Shown here: positions 21,988-32,359 of the stretch, in pieces
Layout: the number at the start of each line of letters is the position of its first letter
Numbering within the stretch: the stretch's first letter is position 1
From: Bacteroidia bacterium
GTDB taxonomy: Bacteria > Bacteroidota > Bacteroidia > M30B66
Direction: 5' to 3'
DNA: 64,000 bases
NCBI GenBank assembly: GCA_965279035.1
Contig: OZ257142.1
Location: 1,792,001-1,856,000 of the forward strand
Notes under the pieces: generated by a model
What the model saw: only the letters and a program-made list of their open reading frames with translations
The model's database searches: none
Told to the model about the DNA's origin: nothing
Made by a program: the position numbers and the translations under genes

Positions 21988-22149
21988 CCAAAAAGCGGCA
22001 GGGGTTGCCCATAGGGACAGGCATGGAAAGCCCGATTGCGCCATTAGTGTGTGTGCCGGTACCGAAAGCTTTCGGTATGGTAGGAAAGCCGTTTGTCCGC
22101 CCAAATAAATCGACATCGTATATCGTATATCGTATTCCGTATATCGTAG
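21988..22149. repeat. GC-rich intergenic element with an 18-bp palindrome, followed by heptamer tandem repeats
   Basis: TACCGAAAGCTTTCGGTA at 22060-22077; GGAAAGCC twice; five ATCGTAT-like units at 22115-22149; lies between convergent genes. Confidence 0.6.
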
Positions 22150-22156
22150 TTCTATA

Positions 22157-23104
22157 TTAAAACAAGTCTTCAGTCCAACGCATCGACGGGCGTTTTTCAT
22201 TGAGTTTTCCTAGAATAAAACCAAGCGTGAATTCATGTGCACCGCCAGTTCTATTAGTTAAATGAGAAATTGTGTAATCGTATGAATAAGCTGCGGAAAA
22301 GTGTTTTCCGGTATAGCCAAGCATTCCAATGACTGCATCTCCTTTTCGAATGGCACAACCAGCTTTCCATTTTCCATAGCGATACGAAATGCTTGGTAAC
22401 AGCTGGTGAAATTTTTGTTCTTTTATATAAAGCATGTTAATATAAAGCCCGCTAATACGTTTACCTTCATGTTGAAAAATGCGCAATGAAGCATGAGCAG
22501 TATGGCGAATGGGAAGGCGCGAATCTGAAGTGAAACTGATATTCGGTTGATTTATGTTTGCTGCTGAATAACCAATTAAATATCGTTTTGCATGTATCAC
22601 AAGTCCAGCATTTAGCAAAGCATAATGTACAATTGGATTTGAAATAGTTTCAGTTGAACTGTAGATAAAACCAGTGTGCGAGTCAATTTGATCACCAAAT
22701 ATGAGTTTTGAGAAATCAATCTTTTTTGTTGCAATGGATGCCGATACTCCAAACCGAATACTTAAGCTTTTGTAAATCTTAAATGAGCGGGCGAGACCAA
22801 TTCCAATGTTATTCGAAATGAGTGATCCACTTCCAGCATTATCATACGTACAAAATGTCCCTAAATCAATGGGTAATTTCGCAAAACTGAAATCAGCTGC
22901 AATGTTGGTTGTATAAAACGAACCCGGTATAGAAGGCCATTGAATGCGCTGAGCTGCTTGAATACGAATAGCTCCGCTGCTTCCTGTAAAAGCTGGATTG
23001 GTATATGTCGCAGTTCCATTATACTGTGTAAATGCTGGGTCTTGCGCATGTAGAATGGGTGTTATTAAAAGAAATATACCCAATAATTTAAACGATGTTC
23101 TCAT
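22157..23104 (-). CDS. Type IX secretion system membrane protein, PorP/SprF family
   Basis: AQDPAFTQY..NPAFTG, QWPSIPG and YSYDYTISHL...GAHEF family motifs. Confidence 0.9.
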   Translation of the reverse strand: MRTSFKLLGIFLLITPILHAQDPAFTQYNGTATYTNPAFTGSSGAIRIQAAQRIQWPSIPGSFYTTNIAADFSFAKLPIDLGTFCTYDNAGSGSLISNNIGIGLARSFKIYKSLSIRFGVSASIATKKIDFSKLIFGDQIDSHTGFIYSSTETISNPIVHYALLNAGLVIHAKRYLIGYSAANINQPNISFTSDSRLPIRHTAHASLRIFQHEGKRISGLYINMLYIKEQKFHQLLPSISYRYGKWKAGCAIRKGDAVIGMLGYTGKHFSAAYSYDYTISHLTNRTGGAHEFTLGFILGKLNEKRPSMRWTEDLF

Positions 23105-23209
23105 AGATATTTTAGTAAAACTGTTTTCTAATTTGAATTCAATAAAAGAAATATTTTCGAATGAATGAATTATTTTCTCAATCCTAATTCCTAATTGTCA
23201 ATTCGTAAT

Positions 23210-24604
23210 CAGTACTGTCCGGTTAAAGTTTAAATCAGAAAAAAGGAGCGACCATTTCGATCACTCCTTTTGTGATTATTTTTGAGTTACGACACACCAA
23301 AATAATCATGAGTAAAAGTAAATATTTTACCGGACAGCCGATTTACAGTCAACTCCTTTCTTATCTGCCTCAGACGAAAGTAAAGAACATAGCTGATGAG
23401 CATAACGCTGATAGGTATTATAAGAACTTCAGGACTTATACGCACCTAGTAACGATGCTTTACGCAATCTTTAATCGGTGTACAGGTATCCGAGAAGTGA
23501 CCTCAGGCCTACTTGCCTGGGAAGGCAGGATACAGCATTTAGGAATCAACTACTTTCCCAGAAGGAGCACGATTTCAGATGCAAATACCAGTCGACCAGC
23601 CGATGTCTTTGAAGATATTTACTACTGGCTTTATGACCGATACAAGCATTTTTTACCGGACAGCCGAAGTAAAATCGCATCCCGGCTTTATATTGTTGAC
23701 TCGACAACGATTCAGTTGTTTCAGGAAGTTTTGAAAAATGCCGGTCGTAATCCCGCCGATGGTAAGCGCAAAGGCGGTATTAAGGTGCATACTTTAATGA
23801 GGAGTGATCAAGACGTGCCTTGCTTGATAAGGTTCTCTGCTGGAGCTGGAGCCGACAGCCCATTTCTGCAGAACATACACCTGCAACGTGGGTCCATTGT
23901 GGTGTTTGATCGTGGTTATAATGATTACAAGCAATACAACCGTTTCTCGGAAGAAAATGTCACATGGGTGACCCGATTACGAAACAACACCGTGATCAAA
24001 GTCCTGCGGGAAAAGAAAATTTCAGACAAGGAAAAGCAGAACGGAATTTTGCTCGACCAGATTATAGAAATGGGCCACACCAAGCACAATAACAATACAC
24101 GAGTGAAGGCACGTCTTATAAAATATGAGGACAAAAAATCGAAGAGGATATTTGAATTCATAACCAATAACAATCAATTCAAACCCTCCTCAATCGCACT
24201 GTTTTATAAAAATCGTTGGCAGATCGAATCGCTATTTAAGCGTATCAAACAGAACTATCCGATGCAAAGCTTCCTTGGAGAGAGCGAAAATGCGATCAAA
24301 ATCCAAATCTGGTGTGCCCTGATCGCTGACCTTGTCTTAAAAATTGTCAAAGCAAGAGCTGGTAAAAACTGGTCGTTTTCAAATCTTGCAGCCATGGTCA
24401 GGCTACATTTGATGACCTATATCAACCTTTTTGAATTCCTCATCAATCCTGAAAAATCGCTAATTAGAAATCAAATTAAATCCTTTCAACTGCCATTGTT
24501 CCCTCCATAGGGGGCTTTATTTTAAATAAATACCATCAACACCCGCATTTACTGCAACTACAGAAGGTAAATCATGCAATCTCAATTTTAACCGGACAGT
24601 ACTG
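23210..24604 (+). mobile_element. IS4-family insertion sequence (1395 bp)
   Basis: Perfect 18-bp terminal inverted repeats CAGTACTGTCCGGTTAAA / TTTAACCGGACAGTACTG flank a DDE transposase. Confidence 0.9.
23308..24510 (+). CDS. IS4-family transposase (DUF4372 + DDE)
   Basis: MSKSKYFTGQPIYSQL, RSTISDAN, IVDSTTI, VFDRGY and YKNRWQIESLFKRIKQ (YREK motif). Confidence 0.95.
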   Translation: MSKSKYFTGQPIYSQLLSYLPQTKVKNIADEHNADRYYKNFRTYTHLVTMLYAIFNRCTGIREVTSGLLAWEGRIQHLGINYFPRRSTISDANTSRPADVFEDIYYWLYDRYKHFLPDSRSKIASRLYIVDSTTIQLFQEVLKNAGRNPADGKRKGGIKVHTLMRSDQDVPCLIRFSAGAGADSPFLQNIHLQRGSIVVFDRGYNDYKQYNRFSEENVTWVTRLRNNTVIKVLREKKISDKEKQNGILLDQIIEMGHTKHNNNTRVKARLIKYEDKKSKRIFEFITNNNQFKPSSIALFYKNRWQIESLFKRIKQNYPMQSFLGESENAIKIQIWCALIADLVLKIVKARAGKNWSFSNLAAMVRLHLMTYINLFEFLINPEKSLIRNQIKSFQLPLFPP

Positions 24605-24605
24605 A

Positions 24606-26039
24606 TTACAAATTCGTAATTCTTTTTCTCCTCCTAAAACCAATCGTCAAAAAAATCAATTGCAATAAAATTCCAGGTAAATAATATCGGTTATGAATCA
24701 CTTCTAAGGAACACGCTGCCAGCGACATTGCCAAGGGAACACTCATCAATAAAACCAGAATTGGATCAATGCTACGATATAAATACATGCGTAGAATTTC
24801 TAAGCCAATTAACAGGATATAAATTCCATAAAAAAGCATGTATAAATAGTGATTATTCATTTTTAAAAAAGCAGTATTCCAATAACTATACATCCAAATC
24901 ATACGATTTGAATAGCTATTTAATCCAATAGATTGCTCATTGATTTTATCTAACAAGGGTTGATGATGTTGAGATTGATACTGTTTAATAAATTCGCGAT
25001 ACTCTTGTGCGCTGCTATAAATACACAGACTTTCTTGTTGTTCGGTCGGTAAAGTCCACAATCCGCGTTGGAGTGAAATGGATAGGTAATTTACCGGATC
25101 GGCTTTAATTCCATCCCAACAAACATGCATGCAATACTCTTGAATTTCTTTGGGTTTTAATCCTTTGTGCGAAAGCTGTGAGGTAATGTCCCACCAATGT
25201 CCACTTTGGGCAACAAAGGTTGCATCGTGTAGCTGTCTTTTCATATTAAAAGTAGCTGCAGAACGATTTGGATCGTAGCCATCTTCATGCACTACACGGT
25301 TCCATAAATTCCAGGAAAACCCTTCACGTAAGGACCATGTATTATATACTACATGATTAAATCCCGATTGAATGAAAGGGAAAATTAAAAAGCAAGCAGC
25401 AGCCAATGTTAAACGAATGCGATGTAGTTTGAAATACGGATGAAACAATAAAACAAGGAAGACAATAGGTAGCATTACACCCGCAACTGGTCGCACCAAA
25501 AAGGTATATCCGCTTAAGCAAAATGCAAGAATAATCCAGGTGTTCTTATGTTTCAACACTCCACATTGGAAGCAATATAGGCTAGCCAATAAACAGGTGA
25601 TGAACCATGTTTCGGACATCAGCAAATGCGCATAATTGAAAAAAGGGATGTAGCACAAATAAGCTATCACGGTAAAGTTACATGCGGTTGTAGATGTATA
25701 ATTTCGACAAATCAACCAAATAAAACGAGCTGAAGCGAGGTAAGCAATAAATTGAATTTGCAGCACCGACTGAGCAAACGAACACTGGAAAATGGTACTA
25801 ACTAATTCTGCGATGTATAATAAAAACGGATAACCTAGAGGACAGTAATATAATATGGGTTCTTGAAACGACGGATAAAGTTCTTCCTGAATCCAAATTC
25901 CTTCGAATAAAAAATGTTTGTACATATAATACCAAGCCGGATCGTTCAAGAAATGTGGCATAAGAGGAATTCCACCATGCAAAACACATTGAACTAAAAT
26001 GGTACTAACTAATAAATAGGAACTTACCTTTTTCAACAT
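24606..26039 (-). CDS. Polytopic membrane protein, probable GT-C (ArnT/PMT-like) glycosyltransferase
   Basis: NDPAWY, PLGYPFL, LLMSETWF, LVRP and NRYYLP motifs; many TM helices. Confidence 0.7.
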   Translation of the reverse strand: MLKKVSSYLLVSTILVQCVLHGGIPLMPHFLNDPAWYYMYKHFLFEGIWIQEELYPSFQEPILYYCPLGYPFLLYIAELVSTIFQCSFAQSVLQIQFIAYLASARFIWLICRNYTSTTACNFTVIAYLCYIPFFNYAHLLMSETWFITCLLASLYCFQCGVLKHKNTWIILAFCLSGYTFLVRPVAGVMLPIVFLVLLFHPYFKLHRIRLTLAAACFLIFPFIQSGFNHVVYNTWSLREGFSWNLWNRVVHEDGYDPNRSAATFNMKRQLHDATFVAQSGHWWDITSQLSHKGLKPKEIQEYCMHVCWDGIKADPVNYLSISLQRGLWTLPTEQQESLCIYSSAQEYREFIKQYQSQHHQPLLDKINEQSIGLNSYSNRMIWMYSYWNTAFLKMNNHYLYMLFYGIYILLIGLEILRMYLYRSIDPILVLLMSVPLAMSLAACSLEVIHNRYYLPGILLQLIFLTIGFRRRKRITNL

Positions 26040-26100
26040 CAAGTTTCGAAAATACGATTTCTATTTTGGCATAGTCATTGAAAACGCAAAATCAAATTCA

Positions 26101-26889
26101 ATGGTTATGAAAACACAACTCCTCTCCCTCTCAGCGCTTATTGCAAGTAGTCTTGTAGCTCAAGCGCAAGTAGTAGTTCAACAACAAACTACCACCTACA
26201 CCAATACACCGGGCGTTCAGTTGCAAGTAAATGCTTGGAATCCCTTAATTCAACAACCTCAATATTATTCAGTATGGGATGCAATCACTAATCAATATAT
26301 TTTAGTTCCAGTTACTCAACAACAACAAATTGTTTATACCGATCAATACGGAAATCCCATTCAATCTCAAGTTACTTATTACACCGACCAATATGGGAAC
26401 CAAATTCAACAACAAACCACTTCAAGCGTAAATTATTATCCTCAACCCAATCAACCAATCGTTTATGTGGATCAGTTTGGAAATCCAATTCAACAACAAC
26501 AGCAAGTTATTTATACCGATCCATATTCAAACCCAGTTCGTCCAAGCGTAATTTCTGCTCAACCAATACAAGCCAATACCTGTGCTCCAGTTAACACCGC
26601 GTATCCAATGAGTCAGGCCGATTTTAATAATGCATTAGCTAATATTCACAATCAAAGTTTTGAGTCAACTCGTATCACCGTTGCTAAACAAATGTTAGCA
26701 GGAAATTGGGTTACTTCTGATCAGGTTCGACAAATGATGCGACAAATGAATTTCGAAGACAGTCGCATTGAAATTGCCCGTTTCGCTTACAATCGAGTGG
26801 TTGATCCACAAAATTATTACCTCGTGAATAATGGATTCACATTTAGTTCTAGTGTAGATCAACTCAATCAATACCTTTTCGGTCGCTGA
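26101..26889 (+). CDS. Secreted DUF4476-domain protein with Gln-rich repeats
   Basis: Signal peptide (AQAQ); YTDQYGNPIQ-like repeats; C-terminal PMSQADF...SFESTR...FEDSRIEIARFAYNRVVDPQNYY...FTFSSS. Confidence 0.8.
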   Translation: MVMKTQLLSLSALIASSLVAQAQVVVQQQTTTYTNTPGVQLQVNAWNPLIQQPQYYSVWDAITNQYILVPVTQQQQIVYTDQYGNPIQSQVTYYTDQYGNQIQQQTTSSVNYYPQPNQPIVYVDQFGNPIQQQQQVIYTDPYSNPVRPSVISAQPIQANTCAPVNTAYPMSQADFNNALANIHNQSFESTRITVAKQMLAGNWVTSDQVRQMMRQMNFEDSRIEIARFAYNRVVDPQNYYLVNNGFTFSSSVDQLNQYLFGR

Positions 26890-26915
26890 CCGTCGCTATA
26901 TATCCATCCACGTTT

Positions 26916-26942
26916 AAAAGCTGCTTTCGGGCGGCTTTTTTT
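26916..26942 (+). terminator. Rho-independent terminator
   Basis: AAAAGCTGC-TTTCGG-GCGGCTTTTTTT hairpin plus U-tract after the DUF4476 gene. Confidence 0.75.
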
Positions 26943-26982
26943 ATGTTTGTCAACTTTTACATTAATAAATGGTTTATCCTGA

Positions 26983-27813
26983 ATGAAAAATAATACATGG
27001 TTTATTACGGGTGTTTCTGGTGGATTTGGAAAAGCGCTAGCCGAAGAATTAATTCACCAAGGAAAGCAAGTCGTTGCTACGTTTCGTAAACAAGAGCAAG
27101 CTCAAGCTTTTGAATTAAAATATGGTTCTCAAGTTCGTGCTATCATACTTGATGTAAATAATTCAAATACAATTCATGAAGCTGTTTCAGCATCTTGGAA
27201 TTATTTCTCGGGTATTGATGTGGTTGTGAATAATGCCGGATATGGTTTGACTGGAGCGATTGAAGAAGCATCTGAAAAAGAAGTTCGTGCCCAAATGGAA
27301 ACGAATTTTTTCGGAGCACTTTTCATTACTCAGGCATTTCTTCCCTTTTTTAGAATTCAAGGACATGGAACGTTTGTACAAATTTCTTCGCAGGCAGGAA
27401 TTAGCAGTACTGCCGGACTCGGGATATATAATTCCAGTAAATTTGCGCTTGAAGGTTTTTCCGAAGCATTATCCAAAGAAGCTTCTCATTTAGGAATTCG
27501 TGTTTTGATTGTTGAGCCAGGACCTTTTAGAACCGACTGGGCAGGTAATTCGATGGTTTTTGCAAACAATGAAATTGCTGCATACGATTCAACTTCAGGT
27601 GTAATGCGTCGCCGTTTAAATCAGCTTTCTGGTAATCAACCTGGTGATCCAATCAAAGGAGCTCAAGCAATTATTTCGGTTGTAGATGCAGATGCGATCC
27701 CTTTGAGACTTACTTTAGGGAAAATTGCCGTTGATATTGTTCGTGCTAAAATCAAGCAAGTTGAAAAAGACATTGAGCATTTTGAAAACATCAGTCGCTC
27801 TGCTGATTTTTAA
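26983..27813 (+). CDS. Short-chain dehydrogenase/reductase (SDR)
   Basis: TGVSGGFG, VVNNAGYG and catalytic YNSSK. Confidence 0.95.
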   Translation: MKNNTWFITGVSGGFGKALAEELIHQGKQVVATFRKQEQAQAFELKYGSQVRAIILDVNNSNTIHEAVSASWNYFSGIDVVVNNAGYGLTGAIEEASEKEVRAQMETNFFGALFITQAFLPFFRIQGHGTFVQISSQAGISSTAGLGIYNSSKFALEGFSEALSKEASHLGIRVLIVEPGPFRTDWAGNSMVFANNEIAAYDSTSGVMRRRLNQLSGNQPGDPIKGAQAIISVVDADAIPLRLTLGKIAVDIVRAKIKQVEKDIEHFENISRSADF

Positions 27814-27830
27814 TTTTATTTTGAATTGAT

Positions 27831-28052
27831 ATGAATCATCAGATAAATAATCCGCTTCACGGTATTACTTTAGAGAATATCATTGTAGCTCTTGAAAAAG
27901 AATACGGATGGGAAACTCTATCAAACAAAATTCGGATTAATTGTTTTTATGAAAATCCCAGCGTTTCGTCTAGCTTAAAATTTTTGCGCAAAACACCTTG
28001 GGCAAGAAGCAAAGTGGAAGAATTGTATATCCAAATGATTCAAGAAAAATAA
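27831..28052 (+). CDS. VF530/DUF2132 family small DNA-binding protein
   Basis: NPLHGITLE...YGWE...[29 protein letters not shown]. Confidence 0.9.
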   Translation: MNHQINNPLHGITLENIIVALEKEYGWETLSNKIRINCFYENPSVSSSLKFLRKTPWARSKVEELYIQMIQEK

Positions 28053-28087
28053 GGTTGAGTTTGATTCTAGATAAGATCATTTAATAA

Positions 28088-28131
28088 ATAAAAAATCCCC
28101 GGCTTTAGAAATAAAACCGGGGATTTTTATT
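28088..28131. terminator. Bidirectional intrinsic terminator
   Basis: ATAAAAAATCCCCGG...CCGGGGATTTTTAT between convergent genes. Confidence 0.8.
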
Positions 28132-28143
28132 CGTGATGATTTC

Positions 28144-31100
28144 TTATCGAATGATCAATTTACCACTGGCTTCTGATTTCTTAGAAGTCACTTTGTAGTA
28201 GTACATTCCAGCAGCATATCCATGAGCATCAAACACCGTTGCTTTTCCAGATTCTGCATTTAATTCGGCAACAATTTCTCCCAATACATTGTAAATCTGA
28301 ATCCGTGAATTTCCATTATCTGGAGTATTCACAAAGAACTGAGTGCTACCATTAAATGGATTCGGATATACACTCACCATCGTTCCATTTTGAACATTTT
28401 CTAGTCCTGCAGAACGATCAATAGTATGAACCGTTGTATTTGTTCTCACAGGAACATTAAAATCGAAATAGATATCAGCAAAATTATTTAAGACTGTTCC
28501 ATCCAACTGATTCTGAACAGGATCAATACTAAACGATACAAAGCCAATGCTACCAATTGGATCGGAAGTGCTATCGGGTAACATGATGTTATTAAATGTC
28601 CAACGAATGACACGCGTTGCTTGATCAATTTGAACGCTATAATTATCTGAAGCGGCAACCATGCTAAATGTTTCAATTAAGAAATCATCGCTAAGTGTAT
28701 CAACCAATACTACATTCACCGCAGGAGCCATTCCCGTATTTTGGAAACGAATAGTATACGATAAACGAGTATTTGGAAGAATACTTCCTTCTTCTCCTAT
28801 ACCAGCTGGTACTCCTTGTTTATCGTTTGGATCCCAAGAACCAACAACCACTTGATGTAATGTATCAATGTTGTTCGAGGGATAACTATCATTCAAAGGT
28901 GTAACTACGACTGTATTATTTACAGGCGTACCCAATACAAGTGAAGTAGGAGCAGGGGTGTTTTGATAGATATAAGTACATTGTCCAGGAGCAAGGTTAG
29001 TAAACGTCCAACTAGCTGTATTTCCAGCTGCATTAAACGTTGTTGGTGCTGGACTAAATACACCCGCACTGCTGATTGCTAATTGTGGATCCCAATAGTA
29101 ATTAAACGTTCCCGATTGTGCTGTTACTCCATTGTTGCAATAACTTAAATACGTCATAACCGGAAAACCTGGAGTGACAGTAGATATATGCGTAATAGAG
29201 GCCGATAGATCTTGTAAATTAGGATCAGCCCACAATCCGAAGTTATAACCACTGTATGTTTGACCAATGGTGTTTGCAATAACATTGTATGTATAAGGTG
29301 AAGCTGGAACTGAATACGAATATCCATTTCCAGGATACATGAGGCTGATCATATACGTTCCGGGGATGATGTTCAACATATAATGTCCATTGTAATCAGT
29401 ATAGGTCCAGTAATTACCAATTTGAATGGCTTTGTAAGGTGCACCGGTTTCTCCTGTATCTTGAACTCCATTGTTATTGGCATCGTAAAATACATTTCCA
29501 CTAATAACTACTGCCTGATTCTGATAACCGAAATCAAATCCTGTTTGATCAGCAGTTCCAGTTGTACTGAAAGTATATCCACCACCTATCGAAGGAAGTG
29601 TTGGAACATATAAGTTTTGCCATATATACGATGTAATTGAATAATTTCCTGCAAATACATCAAATGAATAATGACCACTTGAATCGGTTGTCGTCCAAAT
29701 ACATGAAGTAGAATCTTGGATTGATCCCGTATTCAAACACAATTGTACATACGAATTGATAAACGGATTTTCATTCGGTTCGAATAATCCATTTCCATTT
29801 GCATCATCCCAAACATAACCTGAAACATTATCCGAATTCAATGTTCCCAAATCAATATTCACACAGGCGCTGTCCATACAAACTCCATCTGCATACACAC
29901 ATATTTGATGAACTCCAGCTGTGAGATAAGTTATTTCAGCTTGTCCATTTACTATTTGTTGCCATGATTGATCACTCGACAATGAATAATAAAGTTGTGG
30001 ATCAAGATTGTTTACTATAACACTAACCGTATTTCCAGTTATCTGAGTTGTTAAATCAATTTGATAGGTACAAGGAACATCAACATATAAACAAGTTTGT
30101 TCGCTACAACCTAAAGAATTTACTGCCGTTAAACACAGTTGGTGATTTCCTTCTGGCATTGGGTAATTAAAACTTGCAGTTGTATTAGAAAGTGGAGCGC
30201 CATCCAAAGACCAACTGTAAGAAGTCCATGATTGGGCACTTGTTGAGCTAATTTGCCAGCTACCATTGTTTTGATTTACTGCAGCAATAGATAAATCGGT
30301 ACAAGAAATTTGAGCATTCCAGCCATTACTTACTACAGTGAAATCAGATGTAAAATGAAATGTTAATGATCCATCATTTGCTGTGGAAGTATAACTAATC
30401 GGACCCGTGATTGCTCCATTTAAGTTTGCTAAAATTTGACTTGAAGTAGATTGCCCATTATGAATAGCTAAATAATCATAATTGGTTTCTAAATCATACG
30501 AATTAAATGTAACGCGCAATTTTGAGCCAGGTGTTGAAGGATAAAGTGTCAACGTATAGTTTTCATTATTCAAATACGCCGCAGATAAATTACCGGAATC
30601 AAAAAATTGAGCATTGCAAGTAGTTTGATTTCCAGTATGCATCAGTAATTGTGGGCCTCCTGTTTGTGTGCATCCTACATATACAACACCCGTTACCACT
30701 TGGTTACATCCACAATTATCGCTTACAGTTAATATAACTGAATAGCTTCCAGGTTGAGTATAAGTAGCCGTAAAGGATGGTCCAGCTCCTGTTTGATTTT
30801 GGGTTTGCCATAAATACGTGTAAATTCCACATCCACCATTTATTAGTGGGGTAAACGTTGCAGTAAGTCCATTGGTTGTGGATATAATTTGAGGGAAGAA
30901 ATTAACACATGGATTAATGGTAATCTGTTGGCAATATTGTCCCGAACAACCATTTACATCAGTCACAGTTAAACAAGCTGTATATGTACCTGGGAAAGGA
31001 TAATTATATATTGATCCTCCGGTATCGGCTGTAACAACAGTACCATCTCCATAATTCCAAGTATAGGTATAGGGTGCTTGTCCACCAGAAACACTTGGGT

Positions 31101-32001
31101 AGAATTCAAAAACATTACCACCAAAGCCATACGATTGAAAGGAAACAGGAAGGGATAAACACGAAGTAGTAACAACGGGTTGACAAAGTGTATCGGTGCA
31201 ACCATTGGCATCAGTTGCAGTTAAACATAAAAGGTATGTTTGATTCACGTTGTTATAGTGGTGAGTTGCAGTAAATGCAGATGTTAAAATTGCATCTTGG
31301 ATTGCTCCATCGCCATAATCAATATGCAAAAGAACCGGCAAAGCAGATGTATTACTAAATACGACTAATGCTAAATCTTGTTGATTAATTTGTGGTTGAG
31401 CAGTAATGAAATTGTTTGCACATGGACCATTCGTTATGTTAAATGAATTACAAGTAGTATCAGTGCAACCGTTAGCGTCAGTTACAGTAAGGCAAACCGA
31501 ATAATATCCAGTAGGAAATGTTTGTTCAACCATTGGTGCAGTAGAAATGAAGCCGTTACTGAAAACCCATTCGTATGTAATGGGTAATACAGCATTGCTT
31601 ACTTCAACACTATCTAATATGACTAAGCCATTCGGAAGTGCTGTGGTTAAATAAGTTGTATTGATGTTACAGTTAACACCGCTATTCACTTGGATGGTAT
31701 AAATTCCATAGGCACACCAACTCGTTTGAAGAGAATCGTAAATTGTTAGTTCAACAATATAAACTCCATTGTTCGGATAAAAGTGAGTAGGGAATTGGCC
31801 GTAACTTGAAGAACCATCGCCAAAATTCCATACATAAATTGAATTACCAGAAGGAGCTTGGATTGTAGTTCCTACACTAATCGTATTGCCGTTTTGTTGG
31901 AGCAAATCGATAGGGGCGGAGGTCTGACATTGAGAAAACGCAGGAGCTGCGAAAGCCATCAGAGCAAGAATGACCGAAAATACGTAGCGATTGAATTGCA
32001 T
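28144..32001 (-). CDS. T9SS type-A cargo protein with PKD, CUB-like, SdrD-B-like and DUF7619-like domains
   Basis: PKD WNFGDG/WNYGDG; CUB-like FFDSG..YLNNEN..DLETNYDYL; VWDDANGNG; SWDPNDK..YTIRFQNTG..ADIYFDFN; C-terminal VYPNPF...GMYYYKV...KLIIR. Confidence 0.9.
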   Translation of the reverse strand: MQFNRYVFSVILALMAFAAPAFSQCQTSAPIDLLQQNGNTISVGTTIQAPSGNSIYVWNFGDGSSSYGQFPTHFYPNNGVYIVELTIYDSLQTSWCAYGIYTIQVNSGVNCNINTTYLTTALPNGLVILDSVEVSNAVLPITYEWVFSNGFISTAPMVEQTFPTGYYSVCLTVTDANGCTDTTCNSFNITNGPCANNFITAQPQINQQDLALVVFSNTSALPVLLHIDYGDGAIQDAILTSAFTATHHYNNVNQTYLLCLTATDANGCTDTLCQPVVTTSCLSLPVSFQSYGFGGNVFEFYPSVSGGQAPYTYTWNYGDGTVVTADTGGSIYNYPFPGTYTACLTVTDVNGCSGQYCQQITINPCVNFFPQIISTTNGLTATFTPLINGGCGIYTYLWQTQNQTGAGPSFTATYTQPGSYSVILTVSDNCGCNQVVTGVVYVGCTQTGGPQLLMHTGNQTTCNAQFFDSGNLSAAYLNNENYTLTLYPSTPGSKLRVTFNSYDLETNYDYLAIHNGQSTSSQILANLNGAITGPISYTSTANDGSLTFHFTSDFTVVSNGWNAQISCTDLSIAAVNQNNGSWQISSTSAQSWTSYSWSLDGAPLSNTTASFNYPMPEGNHQLCLTAVNSLGCSEQTCLYVDVPCTYQIDLTTQITGNTVSVIVNNLDPQLYYSLSSDQSWQQIVNGQAEITYLTAGVHQICVYADGVCMDSACVNIDLGTLNSDNVSGYVWDDANGNGLFEPNENPFINSYVQLCLNTGSIQDSTSCIWTTTDSSGHYSFDVFAGNYSITSYIWQNLYVPTLPSIGGGYTFSTTGTADQTGFDFGYQNQAVVISGNVFYDANNNGVQDTGETGAPYKAIQIGNYWTYTDYNGHYMLNIIPGTYMISLMYPGNGYSYSVPASPYTYNVIANTIGQTYSGYNFGLWADPNLQDLSASITHISTVTPGFPVMTYLSYCNNGVTAQSGTFNYYWDPQLAISSAGVFSPAPTTFNAAGNTASWTFTNLAPGQCTYIYQNTPAPTSLVLGTPVNNTVVVTPLNDSYPSNNIDTLHQVVVGSWDPNDKQGVPAGIGEEGSILPNTRLSYTIRFQNTGMAPAVNVVLVDTLSDDFLIETFSMVAASDNYSVQIDQATRVIRWTFNNIMLPDSTSDPIGSIGFVSFSIDPVQNQLDGTVLNNFADIYFDFNVPVRTNTTVHTIDRSAGLENVQNGTMVSVYPNPFNGSTQFFVNTPDNGNSRIQIYNVLGEIVAELNAESGKATVFDAHGYAAGMYYYKVTSKKSEASGKLIIR

Positions 32002-32359
32002 AATGCATGTTTAAATGTTGATTGAAAGGTAAAGAACTTTTCTAACGACCATGTTTTTTTATGGGCTATTTTTCAATAATTCTTACGTGGTTAAATTTTA
32101 GTTTCACGATTTTTCGATTGATATAGCTCATTTTAGAAGGTATTTTTATTACGAATGAGCTTGCGGTTCATAGTATTTATTTGAATAAGCGGGAGCTGTT
32201 TAAATAGATCTTAAAGCACCTTGTCTTAATAGTAATATAAATTGAATTTGTGTGACGTATTTAAATTTCAATTACTTTTGAAAAATAACTTTATTGAATT
32301 TAGAGATGAATTAATTTTTTAATCCATGAATTTTAAAATCATTTCATTATGACATTAGG

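Noticed and set aside
21988-22103. Possible SRP RNA or tRNA
   Set aside because: No SRP domain IV motif or cloverleaf on either strand.
28144-32001. CUB domain as a sign of recent eukaryotic transfer
   Set aside because: CUB/PKD modules are common in Bacteroidota T9SS cargo.
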